DNA of 64,000 bases from Antedon mediterranea (taxonomy: Eukaryota; Animalia; Echinodermata), in NCBI RefSeq assembly GCF_964355755.1, contig NC_092680.1, forward strand, positions 10,788,001 through 10,852,000, in the 5' to 3' direction. How positions within the stretch are numbered: position 1 is the first letter of the stretch; every line of letters starts with the position of its first letter. A program made the translations under genes and the position numbers. The notes beneath the pieces were generated by a model. It did no database searches. It was given only the letters and a program-made list of their open reading frames with translations, and was not told the origin of the DNA. Positions 25,160 through 39,431 of this stretch are shown here, in pieces.

Positions 25160-27170
25160 AGGTATCCCAATGAAAGCGCACAGAGGGGTATCACTTTTGA
25201 AATATTGACGAAATTCGAAAAAGTAGTATGACTTTGATGTTAAATAAATCGTATTCAATCTTAATTAATACTTACAAAATTTATATTGTTTGAAAGTACT
25301 TGTTTTAATCTATGTATAAGTGTGTTTATAATTAAAATTAATGAATTAGTTGCCGAGAAAATGCGATTTTAAAACGGTTCTAAAATCCCGTCGAGCCGAT
25401 TTCCGCGCGTTGAAAACCTCATCGGAAAATCCCCATCAGTTTTCAAAACACGATCGCACGATTACCATTGGAGCTAGCGGATTAATTTTTGTTGTATGTT
25501 ATCAGGCTTTAAATAAGCTTTAATTTGATACAAAAATCGTCTTCTATAAATAGGTTTTTCGTAACGAAAAGTCAATTTTTGTGACAAAAATCCAATTTTG
25601 ATTCACCGTTTATGGAAAAATATTATGGATTTTGGTATTAAATTATAGCTAAATCTACATTGAAATCGATAAAACATAGTTTACAAACGTATTGTGCATG
25701 GTAATTGTGCGAACTACATTTTAAAATGGTGCATGAGGCGTAAATCCCGTTCAAATTTTTAAAGATCCAACCATTATAATCCGGTGAATATTGTAGTGAG
25801 TAAAATATTGTACTCTAAAATACGCGCGTGTTTGTTGTGGCGTTTTCCGTTAAATACATTAATGCACCCTATCAGCGAATGGTACGTTCCATATTTTGAA
25901 CACGTTGTTTAGTTTTCCTCGCTCGAGTTCGACCGGTTCGACGCGAGATGTGTGACAGCAGCGATGTCGGAGATTGACATGTCCTTTTCCGTCGTAGAAT
26001 ATCTGGTTTTACACATTAATTTAACAACTTAAAATTGATTTAATGTGCGGAAGATTTATTATGCAAGTATATAATGCAAATGCGTTAGGTTAAAATGTAC
26101 CGAGGAAATTTATTAAGCTAATTTACCAACGTTACATTTGACTCTGTATACGGCGGCCGAAAGTCATTAACTGCGACCGAAATACTTTAACGGGAGCGAC
26201 TACTGATCGCGAGTAAGCCGTGACTTGGCCTAAACTTTAGCTCCGTATTTCAATTTAATAACGTAATAATACGAAAAGAAAACAATTTTTATAATGTTAT
26301 ATATACTATTCAGGTAAACAATTAATTGTTTTAATTAACATTGATTATCTTAAATGAGTTTATTTTGACCCATATTGTGCGTTTGCCTTAAAAGAGCATA
26401 TCTTACTTAGCAGCCCGGCTTAGATTTGGTGTCATAATCATATGGGCCTAAAATCTTGTTTTACGTATTCAAAAGTTATATATAATAGTATTTATGATTG
26501 AAATTATAAATATAAAGTATATTAAAATATTCTAATAATTATACTTACCGAAAATTAGTGTAAAAGAAAGGAAACAGTACACACCGTTTTTAACATACTT
26601 TTTCATTTTTTTTTTTTATAATTTTAAATTTCACCATTAAAAAGAATTTTTTTTTTCATATACACATATAAAATATATTTATTAATGAAATATACACTAC
26701 ATTCTAACAAGTACAAAAAAAATTAAATGAATTAGTACAGTAGTTCAAAAGTTACAGATCATTGAAAAATTGCAGTTTTTTTCATTTTTTAGGGAATTCC
26801 AGCAAAAATGGGCGTTAAATGCTTTCCTACCACTTTGCGGACCAATAATTTAAAAAATAGGTTTCGTTGAGGCTCCAAAAAAAGTTGTACAACTCTGTGA
26901 TATCTATAGGTTTAAAAAAATTCAAAACTTTTAACTAATTATTGTAAAAGTTATAACCTTTTAAAAATGCTTCCAATTTCAACTGCAAAATACACCATTT
27001 TAAGGCAAAAAATCGTATATTTTTTTTACCACTTTAAATAACCATAACTTTAGAACGGGTAATCGGATTTCAATCATTTAAATTGCAAAATGCTAATTAC
27101 ATTAAGTTCTTTATGGTTAACTGAAAGAAAATGTAAACAAATTAATCTGAATTTTTTCATTGGGATACCT
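25160..27170. mobile_element. Non-autonomous Mutator-like (MULE) element
   Basis: Perfect 16-bp TIR AGGTATCCCAATGAAA; perfect 9-bp TSD ATTATCAAT (25151-59, 27171-79). Confidence 0.88.
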
Positions 27171-27246
27171 ATTATCAATGTATAATAAATGGAAACTGTT
27201 TACCGATTCAAATAATAGAAATTGGTTTTTAACATTTTCCGAACCT

Positions 27247-28381
27247 ATTGCAAGTTTATTCTCAAAGGGCCCATATATTTACCTACCGTATGTGTTAAAC
27301 CAAGGGCTCATAAATTTACCTACAGTACTTGTGTTAAACCAAACTCTGGCAGACTGAGAGATTGGGATGTTCCATTCATCGCAAATCAATACATTTGTAT
27401 AATCGTATATTAAATCTATCAAAATAGTATTTTTTAAAGAAAATCGGCCTGTCTTCAACATTATGATGGTGTACTCTAGCAATCTATCAAAATAGTATTT
27501 TTTAAAGAAAATCGGCCTGTCTTCAACATTATGATGGTGTACTCTAGCTGTTCAACCGGTTTTCAGCTATTAAAAACAATTATCGTAGGAGGAGATAGGA
27601 AAATGCGAAGCCTCCTCGCTATGTAACATTAGGGTTGAGGGATGGGAAAGCGGATAGGTACAAAGAGGAACAATTTTTAAATATATTCTTTATCCACTGA
27701 GTAACGAAATATTTTGTTCATGTTTTATAGGCCTATAAATAATATACCTCTAAATACAGTAGGCCTAAAACATTTGCGATTTAATACTTTTTTTAAACTG
27801 TCACTGTCATAATCGATTGAAATATTAAAGTACATGTCACGATACACCACTACGACGTTTATGTTTTTGGTAATTATTAATTAATACAAACGTTGAGAAG
27901 GAACTGTCAGTATAAAGTTTATTTGTATATCTAACAGTAGAGCCTATCCACAGTCTCAGTAATAAAGTTTATTTGTATATATTTTTATATTACATCTAAC
28001 AGTACGAACATTCACAGTAAGAAATGTTCGATTCAAATGAAAAATAGTTAATAGGTATTTACAGTATTGTCAAAGTATTGCAAGTTTATTCTCAAAGGGC
28101 CCATATATTTACCTACCGTATGTGTTAAACCAAGGGCTCATAAATTTACCTACAGTACTTGTGTTAAACCAAACTCTGGCAGACTGAGAGATTGGGATGT
28201 TCCATTCATCGCAAATCAATACATTTGTATAATCGTATATTAAATCTATCAAAATAGTATTTTTCAAAGAAAATCGGCCTGTCTTCAACATTATGATGGT
28301 GTACTCTAGCTGTTCAACCGGTTTTCAGCTATTAAAAACAATTATCGTAGGAGGAGATAGAAAAATGCGAAGCATCCTCGC
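27247..28381. repeat. Direct duplication 27247-27620 / 28077-28381; the first copy has an internal ~68-bp tandem duplication
   Basis: Near-identical text tattgcaagtttattctcaaagggcc...aaatgcgaagc. Confidence 0.9.
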
Positions 28382-28679
28382 ATTTTTTTGGCGGGTATTT
28401 TTCAAGATGGACATCATTAGACAGTGTATACCACGATCGGAAAACACCCCTATTTGGGGCAAATCGTTGAACCTAAACTCGTTTTAATTGTCAATAACTA
28501 ATTATCTAACTCAATTTAATTAGTAAACAGGGTTACATCAGGCGGTTAAAATCAGTACCGAAAGTACGAACCAACTTTACATACCATCGAGTGAAAATTC
28601 TAGAAGTAAGGCGCGATTTACCGAATTTTGCCCTTACGTAAATTTATATATAGATACTTGGAAAATCTAGATAAAAGTT

Positions 28680-29125
28680 TGATTATATATTAATCCGGAC
28701 AATGATACACAAACTCGTGGTAGTTACTTTAACCGTTCTTTATTCTTCGGTAAAGTCTGAAACACAAATAAACTCAGTGAAAACACGCACAAGGCAGCAC
28801 AGCTGCGTGTGCAAACAACCCCAAAATACAGCGTAGCAGATACATACAGTCAAACTACTACACGAGGGCTAGTCAGGCTTATGGCCAATTAGCCGATCGA
28901 AACACTTAACTAAATAGCCTAACTAATAATTTTAATATTCAAAGTCAAGAACATTAACACAACTTAAATGTTATAAAACGTACGTAGTACTCCCACGTAT
29001 CACTGTCGGAAATAAGATAAATACAGTATCTACTATTAGATAATAAGCGTGATCTTGCTGACAATTCTGTTTACCACCAAAACAAATGTTTACGCCACCA
29101 ACGTCAAAGTTCGAAATCCGAAACA
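28680..29125 (-). repeat. 3' LTR of the BEL/Pao element
   Basis: Polypurine tract GAGGCGGGAG (29135-29126) followed by TGTTT...AATCA; AATAAA near 28740. Confidence 0.7.
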
Positions 29126-31830
29126 CTCCCGCCTCGTGACAAATTGACATGAGTTACAGTACATAAAGGATTTCGAAAAATAACCACAACAAAGTGAATC
29201 TTAATTAAAATACAGTAATTAAATGTTCACAACTCAAGTAGTTACATAATAAAAGCATTCCTTGTTTAGAAGAAAACCCGTGTTTAAGTTCTCCCACAGT
29301 TGCAATCAAACACAACTTATGTACAGGCCTTTCCTTAATACTTATATTTGATCTTTTCTTTAACGGTCCAACTAGAGCCTTTGCTATAACGTATGTCAAT
29401 TTAACTCCTACTGGGGTATCCCAACGCAGCCAGATGACAGAACCAAATGCAGCTTCACTAGCATCACTGAAACAGTGTAACTGGGGTTAAGCAATAGAAT
29501 CCTCAGGCGTTAGCTGACGTGGAATTTCAAATCCCAAAAGATGATTCATCTCCTTTATAAAAACCTTCCACATAGCTGTTTGCTCATCATCAAACACGTC
29601 GTCCCAGTCAAGCCTAGCTGCCCAAATCTCCTGGAGTCCGATTTTATAACGAATAGTCACAGGGCTCAACATTCGTAATGGATCCCACAACCTGGCAACA
29701 AGACTGGAAACTTTTCTTTTGGTAAGTGGAGTCTGTTCTTCATCGAACTTATCAAGCTGAATCGTTACCGTGTCATCTAGCTTATTCCACAAATGGCCCA
29801 GAACACGTGTGTGTTTCTCTTCAGGGCACTGGTCTACCATCGGATGGTTAGAATGCCACACTTTGATTTCAAACGATCCCTTTCTTAGAATACGAGTAAC
29901 CTGCTCAACTGCCTCAACTGCATCATTCGGTTTTGTAAATGAGTCGGTTATATCATCCATGTACACACAATCTTTGATCCTAAGAGCCCCTATAGGATAT
30001 GAACCGGTGTTAGCCTCAGCAAGTAAACGAACGTTTCTGTCTTCACTTGGCGTGAGCTCACGCGTAAATCCATTGTCCAGGAGAGCTCGAATTTCATCAT
30101 TGTATTCATTGATTTGCTTGTTTTTTAGCAACCTAGCCTCATGTGAAATCATCCCCGTCACGGCTTGTACTCTATTACAGTCTAGAGACTCAGGAAATCC
30201 TTCCTTCCATGGCATTTCCATGGTAATGTGGCCTTTCTCATTTATTTGGAGATTTTTTCTACAATGTTTGATAAACTAAGATTCAGCAATTTCCTTATCT
30301 GTACATGTACACAAGGTTGTTGGTTTAACTCCAATGACATCGGATGTATATAAAAGCTGGGAGTCATCCATGGAATTTACGTTTGTGATGTGGCTGATGA
30401 CATTGGAAATTGGCTTTGGAATGGTTTGTCCGATAATTGTCCAACCTAGAGCACTTTCTGCTGCAGTTGGTGATGTATCAGGATCAGTTAATGAACGTAT
30501 TGTTTTCAGTGGTGTAGTAAGACTTTGATAGTCGTATCCAATGAGTAGGTTAATCTCGGCTTCCTCCACAGGCAAATGTTCTTTAACTACCGTTAAGTGA
30601 GAGTGTTCGTCAAAGATATCTTCTCCAACAGATGGGCTATCATGGGCAGGCTTTTGTACACTAATTGCGACCAAGTCGTATGCTTTCAATTCCCGTAGTG
30701 GTCTGACTCGAAGTTGATACCTTGCACTGTTTTCTTGTACGATGCCTCCTCCAGCCACACCATAAGTAAATACAAAGGGCAGTCCGTTTAAGCCTAGACT
30801 TTCAGCGGTGGAGCACTTAAACAGAGTGGTATCAGCACCACTATCAAAGAATGCGACAGCTTTTTGCCAATTGCCCTCGTTGTCTTGTATCTCGACATAT
30901 GTAGTCGGGGAATAGCGACGGCGTTCGGCATGCTTTGTCGAATTCATTTTCGAAATTGTCTGATTTGTTGATGGAGGCAAAGACACGAATGGATTTTGAC
31001 TGGGTCCTTCTACAGTCTGACGTAGACTTGGGCTTGCTCCCGCTTGAGCTATCTGAGGTGAATTTATTGAGGTTTGATCTAAATTCATATTTGAAACAGT
31101 TTGGTTGGTTGATGCTGGCAAATATATGAATGGATTCTGACCTAAGTTGGTTCCTACCTGGGTTTCGTGGCGTACAATTGGCCGTAGATTTGTGTTCGCT
31201 CCCGCCTGTGTTTTAGGTGACATTTGACTTTGACAGAAACCATCTGTGTTGTTGTTAGTTCTGAAAGTGCGATTGGGTGGGCAAGCAATCAGTCGGTGGT
31301 GAAATAGCGGACACACAGAGCAGCGTTTTTTGTCATGTCTGGGGCATCTTAACGCACTGTGATTTGTACGGAAACATCGGAAACATCTTCTAGCTTTCAT
31401 TATCATTAACCGTCTCTCTTCATTAGATTTTGAGTTAAAGATAGGGCACTTTATAATTAAGTGATGTGAGTGGTCAGTGATGAAAGGACAATCATCCGCG
31501 CTAGTTTCAGCACCTTTAAAATTAGATTTCGGAAAAAATTGGGTAGTATTTTTTAGTGTACTAATTTGTCCTGTAATGTGATGAGTAGATGCATTTTGAT
31601 CGCCAAACATATTATGAGGTTGCTCTCGGCGTTCCCTTGCTTCCGTTTCACTTCGTAAGAATGAGATCAAACTTGGTATTGTCGGCTCATCTTGCTTTAT
31701 CTGCCGCATTTATTCGAAGCTTAATTCAGCATCGATTTTCTGACTCACTAGTTCAACCACTACTGACGATGAGAGTTCTAATTCTTTTCCAAGTTCACGC
31801 ATTCGTCTTGCAAAGTCTGTGAGTCCATTT
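29126..31830 (-). mobile_element. BEL/Pao LTR retrotransposon remnant (gag knuckles, protease, partial RT, RNase H, integrase tail)
   Basis: CFRCFRTNHSALRC, CSVCPLFHHRLI, FFDSGADTT, YMDD, LTKRKVSS..WDPL, LHCFSDAS, RPVHKLCL. Stops and large deletions present. Confidence 0.92.
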
Positions 31831-31856
31831 AAAACAGGTCGCATTTTCTTTTTCTT

Positions 31857-33295
31857 TCTAGCTAGTATATTAAAATAAAAATAGGGCCTATAATATAGGC
31901 CTAGCCTACCCAGCCAGTGGTAGTGATTGGTTGTTAATATTGAAAATTAATAGCATGGTAAACACAATTTAAAATAAACTTACCTATAATATAGATGCTA
32001 GGTATAGGTATTGGTCCAAATCTGTTTAAAATGATTTTTCCACTTCGGGTTGCCGCTATGTACCTAAAAAATAGTAAAACATTACTATAAGAATTAATTA
32101 AAATTAGCTTATTAAATTTAATATGGTTGCATACATACTAATTTGAATATGCAGTGATAAGCAAAAACGAATGTTTAAATTCATTATTTATAATACTGTA
32201 ATTGTAATTATTACATACAGGGTAGGCATATATGCCTTATGTCATTGCATAGGGTATATATAACCAGGTATTCTCATAATAAACATTATTTAAATAAAAT
32301 ACTGTAAATATATTAAAACTAAAATTAATAATAATTAAATAATAATATATAGGCGTAGAGCCTAGACCTAATTAGGTAGTCTACTTATACCTAGCCTATT
32401 GCTCTAGGCTAGGCTAAATAAGCTGGAAAGCTGCTTCTCTGTAGGCTGCTAGTGTTAGAGAGCATAGGTCTAGCTAGTATATTAAAATAACAATAGGGCC
32501 TATAATATAGGCCTAGCCTACCCAGCCAGTGGTAGTGATTGATTGTTAATATTGAAAATTAATAGCATGGTGAACACAATTTAAAATTTACTAGTTCTTG
32601 AGCAGTAAAATAAACTTACCTACTGTATATAGATGGTAGGCTGCTACGTATTGGTCCAAATCTGTTTAAAATGTTTTTGCCACTTCGGGTTGCCGCTATG
32701 TACCTACAAAATAGTAAAACATTATTATAAGAATTACTTAAAATTAGCTTATTAAATTTAATATGGTTGCATACATACTAATTTGAATATGCAGTGATGA
32801 GCAAAAACGAATGTTAAAATTCATTAATTATAATAATTGTAATTATTACATACAGGGTAGGCATATATGCCTTATGTCATTGCATAGGGTATATATAACC
32901 AGGTTTTCTCATAAGAAACATTATTTAAATAAATACTGTAAATATATTAAACAAAAATTAATAATAACTAAATAATAATAGGCCTATATAGGCGTAAAGC
33001 CTAGCCTAATTAGGTAGCCTACTTATACCTAGCCTAATTGCTCTAGGCTAGGCTAAATAAGCTGGAAAGCTGCTTCTCTGTAGGCTGCTGCTAGTGATAG
33101 AGAGCACAGGTCTAGCTAGTATATTAAAATAAAAATAGGGCCTATAATATAGGCCTAGCCTACCCAGCCAGTGGTAGTGATTGATTGTTAATATTACAAA
33201 TTAATAGCATGGTAAACACAATTTAATATTTGCTACTTCCTGAACAGCAAAATAATCTTACCTATATAGATGGTAGGTATGGTCCATATCTGCTT
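31857..33295. repeat. ~610-640 bp tandem repeat, 2.3 copies
   Basis: tctagctagtatattaaaataa at ~31857, 32469, 33111. Confidence 0.92.
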
Positions 33296-33296
33296 A

Positions 33297-35813
33297 GCCA
33301 AAAATTCCCACTTTTTAAAATTCAATAATTATGCTATAATATTGCCATTTATGCAAATATATTGTGCTAACGCCATCTTATAGAGCCATAGTAACTAGTT
33401 ATTTCAAAAAATAAAAGGGTCAAAATTTGGAAATTTTTCGAAAAATGGCAAAAATTTCCACTTTTCAAAATTCGAAAAGTATGCTATAATGTTGCCATTT
33501 ATACAGAAATATTTTGCTAACATTAACCAAAATGTCCCCCGTTTAAAATTCAATAATTAGGCCATTTTTCGAAAAAATTCCCTGCGTGGGACTATATGAA
33601 TTTTTTCGAAAAATGGCAAAATTTTCCACTTTTTCAAATTCAATAATTATGTTATAATATTGCCATTTATGCACATATATCGTGTTAACATCATCTTATA
33701 GAGCCATCGTAACTAGTTATGTCAAAAAAATAAAAGGGTCGAAAAAGGCAACATTTTCCACTTTTAAAAATTAAATAATTATGCTATAATATTGCCATTT
33801 ATACAGATATATTGTGCTAACATCATCTTATAGAGGCATAGTAAGGAATTATATTAAAAAAAAAAAAGGCTTGAAATTTGGCCATTTTTCGAAAATTTTC
33901 CTGCGGGGGACCACAGGATTTTTTTCGAAAAATAACCAAAATTTCCAATTTCTAAAATTCGAAAATTATAATATAATATTGCCATTTATGCACATATATT
34001 GTGCTAACATCATCTTATAGAGCCATAGTAACTAGTTATTTCAAAAAATAAAAGGGTCGAAATTTGACCATTTTTCGAAAAATTTCCCTACGGAGGACCA
34101 TAGGATTTTTTTTCGAAAAATGGTCAAAATTTCCATTGTTTAAAATTAAAAAAGTATGCTCTAATATTGCCATTTATGCTAATATATTGTGCTAACATCA
34201 TCTTAAAAAGCCATAGTAACTAGTTATGTTAAAAAATAAAAGGTTTGAAATTTGGCCATTTTTGCGAAAGTTTCCCTGCGGAATAAAATAAGTATTTTTT
34301 CGAAAAATGGCCAAAATTTCCACTTTTTAAAATTCAATAATTATGCTATTATATTGGCATTTATGCAAATATATTGTGTTAGCATCATCTTATAGAGCCA
34401 TCGGTAACTAGTTATGTCAACAAATAAAAGGGTCGAAATTTGGCCATTTTTCGAAAATTTCCCAGCAGGGGACCATAAGATTTTTTTTCGAAAAATGGCG
34501 AAAATTTACACTTTTTAAAATTGGAAAATTATGCTATAATATTGCCATTTCTGCAAATATATTGTGCTAACATCATCTTATACAGCCAGAGTAACTAGTT
34601 ATGTCAAAAAATAAAAGGGTCGAAATTTGGATATTTTTCGAAAATTTTCCTACGGGGGACCACAGGAATTTTTTTCGCAAAATGACCAAAATTTCCACCT
34701 TTTAAAATTCAATAATTAGACTATAATATTGCCATTTATGCACATATGTTGTGTAAACATCAACTTATAGAGCCATAGTAACTAGTTATTTAAAAAAATA
34801 AAAGGTTTGAAATTTCGCCATTTTTACGACAATTTCCCTGCGGGGACCATACGATTATTTTCGAAAAATGGCAAAAATTTCCAATTTTTTATATTCTATA
34901 ATTAGACTATAGTATTGCCATTTATGCACATATATTGTGCTAACATCATCTTATAGAGCAACAGCAACTACTTATGTCAAAATATAAAAGTGTCGAAAAC
35001 GACCAAAATTTCCAACTTTTAAAATTCAATAATTAGAATATAATATTGCCATTTATGCACATATATTGTGTTAACATCATCTTATAGAGCCATAGTAACT
35101 AGTTATGTCAAAAAACAAGGCCAACAACAATAAGTTGTGTGCTCTAAGAAATAAATGAACTTTCAAAAAGTAATGTACTTTAAAACTTTTCTGTACATCA
35201 AAACAGTTCAAAAAGTAAAGAAAAGCGATAAAACGCAAAGTGATACCGGACCGACAGACAGACCGACAGACCGACCGACATAGTGAACTGTAGAGTCGCG
35301 TCCACGTACGCGACTAATAAAAGGTTTGAAGTTTGGCAATTTTTGCGAAAATTTCCCTGCGGGGGACCATAGGAATTTTTTCGAAAAATGGCAAAAATTT
35401 CCAATTTTTAAAATTCAAAAATTATGCTATAATATTGCCATTTATGCAAATATATTGTGCTAACATCATCTTATAGAGCCATAGTAACTAGTTATGTCAA
35501 AAAATAAAAGGATCAACATTTGGCCATTTTCCGAAAATTTCCCTGCTGGGGACCATAGGAATTTTTTCGAAAAATGGCCAAAATTTCCACTTTTTAAAAT
35601 ACAATAATTATGCTATAATATTGGCATTTATGCAAATATATTGTGTTAGCATCATCTTATAGAGCTATCGGTAACTAGTTATGTCAAAAAATAAAAGGGT
35701 GGAAATTTAACAATTTATCGAAAATTTCGCTGCGGGGGACCATAGGAATTTTTTCGAAAAATGGCCAAAATTACCACTTTTTAAAATTCAGAAAATATTC
35801 GATAATATTGCAA
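33297..35813 (-). repeat. Satellite B, reverse orientation, containing a HINE at 35116-35315
   Basis: catcatcttatagagccatagtaactagttatg recurs. Confidence 0.95.
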
Positions 35814-37197
35814 TTTATGCCGCAAGAGGCCAGACGAAAAAATACAATAGACACCAACTTGGATGGAAATTGTCATATTTATTTAAATGACGAAACACAA
35901 AATAGCATATATATAATAATAGAGTTGGAATAATGGGGCAGCCCATAACTAATTTAGTTCCATCTAAGACGTATACATAATGTATGGACTGCCCCTATCA
36001 AGTGTACCGTATATGTACGGACAATAACTACTACTAACTAAACACCTTGGTTATTACATAAAATCACATAAATATATATTGAATGTTAAATATAATATGC
36101 ATGGTTATCAAGAATCCAAAGATTAACTTGACTTACTAAACTAAAACTAATTAAAATACAAGTTTGCTGGGTGAACATGCCACAAACCCGACAAACAAAG
36201 AGGGTTACCACCCAGACAAACAAACATCAAAAAATATCTGAAGCTAAGCTTGACAGATAGGACCAACAGAAACCAACTTGTCTCGCGAGGCCAAGCTCGA
36301 ACAATCCGAAACACGAAAGCGTTTCTATATGGAAAATGATTGGATTCTTATGTAATTTTGTACGGCCTTAGAATTCCATCGCCCAAATTGTTGTATAGTG
36401 TTCTCCGCTAAACCCAGGGAAGCAGCATGAGTTGCGTCGCCTATACGAAAACTATGACCTTTATATAATGTAGGGTCAAGACCAATGAAACAAATCTCCT
36501 CGTTTAGTTTTGCGTATATGAACCGAGCCGCAATCGGTCGACCGTCCATATATTGGAACAAAAGACCAGAGGTATGCCGAAAATGTTTGGTGTAATCTTG
36601 TAAACATTTTACTGGAAAGAACCGAGCGCCCGTAGCACTATTGAATGAAATGTGTATAGGGGCTTACCTACGCCGGTTTTGTGATGGTATATATTTAAGG
36701 ACGCTGAATTACCAGAAAGACATAGATCACTGCGTTGCACGACAAGGATCGGGTAATTCTGCAAGTTTGTGTATAAAAGAGACGGACGAAATGATAGACG
36801 AAATCGTTCTAGGTGCATATTGTAGGCCATGTAAATGTGCCACAAAGTTGCTTACCGTAGCCGGGTTTACAGGGAGCTGAACGGGTTTTCCCAACCATGA
36901 TGCCAACTTTTGAATATTGCGTTGATACGCCTTAACCGTGGCTGGCGCCAATGACGAGTGAATGAGTGTTGTAGCTTCACAGCTAAGGGGTACCATGTTG
37001 TTTGCAGAACACACAACACTTGTAAATAGGAATAAATTAAATATAAATGTGGTTGGACGGAACATGAATTGGATTTGGACTGATAGAAGGAAAGGATTCC
37101 CGAGGCGCTGTAAATTTTTTCCTTGATAAAAGATCCGCCAACACGTTATATACTCCAGGAATATGCATTGCACGGAATTGTATGTTATACTGGAGGC

Positions 37198-38200
37198 TAC
37201 GGTGGCCTATAAGTGTCACGGCAACTTTCAAAAAATATCACGGCAATTTTTTCAAAAAAAGCCACGGCAATTTGAAAAAAGCCACGGTAATTTGAAAAAA
37301 GCCACGGCAATTTGAAAAAAGCCACGGCAAATTAAAAATAAAACATCACGGCAAATTAAAAATAAAACATCGCGGCAATTTAACAAAAATACCACGGCAA
37401 CTTAAAAATTAAACACCACGGCAAATTAATAGTGAAACACCACGGCAAATTACAGAATGCCACAGCGGAAGTGAGTTACCACGGCGGAAGTGAAACCTTT
37501 GGAATCTTCGATTTTTTCTGAGGTAAGTAATAGTTTGTGTATTGATGTAAATATTATATTAATTTATTAAACTGCAGCAGTTTACGTGTTTATTGCACTC
37601 TTCTTGAACTTTCTAGGCCGGGCTAGACCATAGGCCTTATTACAAGGTAGGCCTAGGCCCTATAACATTCTACAATGTTTTAATATATTTACAGTAATCT
37701 GTTTTTTATATAACAAGTTGTTTTTACAGTAGACCTAGCTACTACTGTAGGCCTAAGGCTTAGGGCTAGTAGTAGGCATAGCTAGGCCTAGTGAAATAAA
37801 CACGTAAATGCAGCAGTTAAATATAATAAATTAATATAATAATATTTACTTCAATGCACAAATAATTACTTACCTCAGAAAAAATCGAAGATTCCAAAGG
37901 TTTCACTTCCGCCGTGGTAACTCACTTCCGCCGTGGCATTCTGTAATTTGCCGTGGTGTTTCCTTACTAATTTGCCGTGGTGTTTCAATACTAATTTGCC
38001 GTGGTGTTTAATTTTTAAGTTGCCGTGGTATTTTTGTTAAATTGCCGCGATGTTTTATTTTTAATTTGCCGTGATGTTTTATTTTTAATTTGCCGTGGCT
38101 TTTTTCAAATTGCCGTGGCTTTTTTCAAATTGCCATAGCTTTTTTTGAAAGTTGCCGTGATATTTTTTTAAAGTTGCCGTGACACTTATAGGCCACCGTA
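37198..38200. mobile_element. IS3EU-type MITE, near-fully palindromic
   Basis: TACGGTGGCCTATAAGTGTCACGGCAAC termini, 6-bp TSD GGAGGC (single copy in Ngaro copy 1 at ~12344), tandem CACGGCAA subterminal motifs. Confidence 0.88.
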
Positions 38201-39431
38201 GGAGGCATATAAGTACTAACCACCGAATAAGATGCATAAGCGTTTTGTCTTTAGCAGATTTCTTATTGATAACAGCCACAACAGCTGAATTATCACAACG
38301 AAACAAAATGCGGCGATTAGCGAGCTCATGCCCCCATATTTCTAGGGCAATAACAATTGGAAATAATTGCAAAACAGCGATCGAAAAACCTACAAAGTCA
38401 GACCCCCAGTCGATGTAAAACCATCTGTCGCAAAATACTGTTGCGCAACCAAAAGACGCAGCTGCATCGGAGAATAAGCGCAGTGTCGAAGAATTTAGCC
38501 ATTTTTCTAGAAGGATAAGGGCTTTTCCATTAAAAGATTCAAGGAATGTTAGCCATATCCGCAAATCGTCCTTAACTCCATGAGTTAAGCGAATGAAATG
38601 AGATGGATGTTTAGCTAATGACAGGAGGTTTATCATACGGCGTAAAAACGCCCTACCCGGCACTATCACACTACAAGCGTAATTAAGCAGGCCAACCATT
38701 TATTGCATATTGCGCAGTGTGACTTTTTTTCTATTTAAAAATTCAGTTATTTTTCAATCTTAGGTAACGGGAGGTGACATTCCATCAAGACTGTGTCCAC
38801 CTCAATCCCGTATATTGTAATGACATTAGTCGGAGTTACAGTCTTAGACGCCTTTATAGGAACCCCGATCTTGTCGCAAAGATATAAAAATTGAGACAGT
38901 GCGTTGTGGCAGTCATTAGAATCTTTAGGGCCGACGAAGAAAGAATCATCCAGAATATGGGATACATCCCTTACATTAAATTTATTACGCAGTATCCATA
39001 CTAACGCTTTACCAAATGATTCGAAAATATTGCATGAGCGACTGGCGCCCATAGGCAGACACCTGTCATAAAAGAACCTGCCGTCCCAAGAAAACCCCAG
39101 AAAATGGTAATCATCTGGGTGAATAGGGATAATTCTGAAGGCGTCTTCTATGTCGGTCTTAGACATTAATGCCCTAGGTCCATTTTTTAATACTAAGGAG
39201 GAGATAAATTTATCAAACGGAGGGGACTCGAAAGGGCCAGCCAATCTACCGAGTCGTAAGCCATTATAAATAAATTCTTCTATCTGTATCGGGTGATCGA
39301 GGGCACTTGGATGGTTGCGGGCGATGCCCGAAACCGAGGGCTTTAAACAGAGGAGACGGAATCCAAACGAGAAACCGACTAACAATTCGTTAAAAAATTC
39401 GTGTGTATACCCTGTTAAATACCTTGAAAGT

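Larger units (their letters stand above)
24242..28654 (-). mobile_element. Non-autonomous Helitron
   Basis: On the minus strand A|TCTATATATAAA at 28654, 3' GC-rich hairpin ending CTAG|T at 24242. Pairing of the two ends is inferred. Confidence 0.7.

Noticed and set aside
29770-30279. 169-aa plus-strand ORF
   Set aside because: Antisense shadow of the BEL pol.
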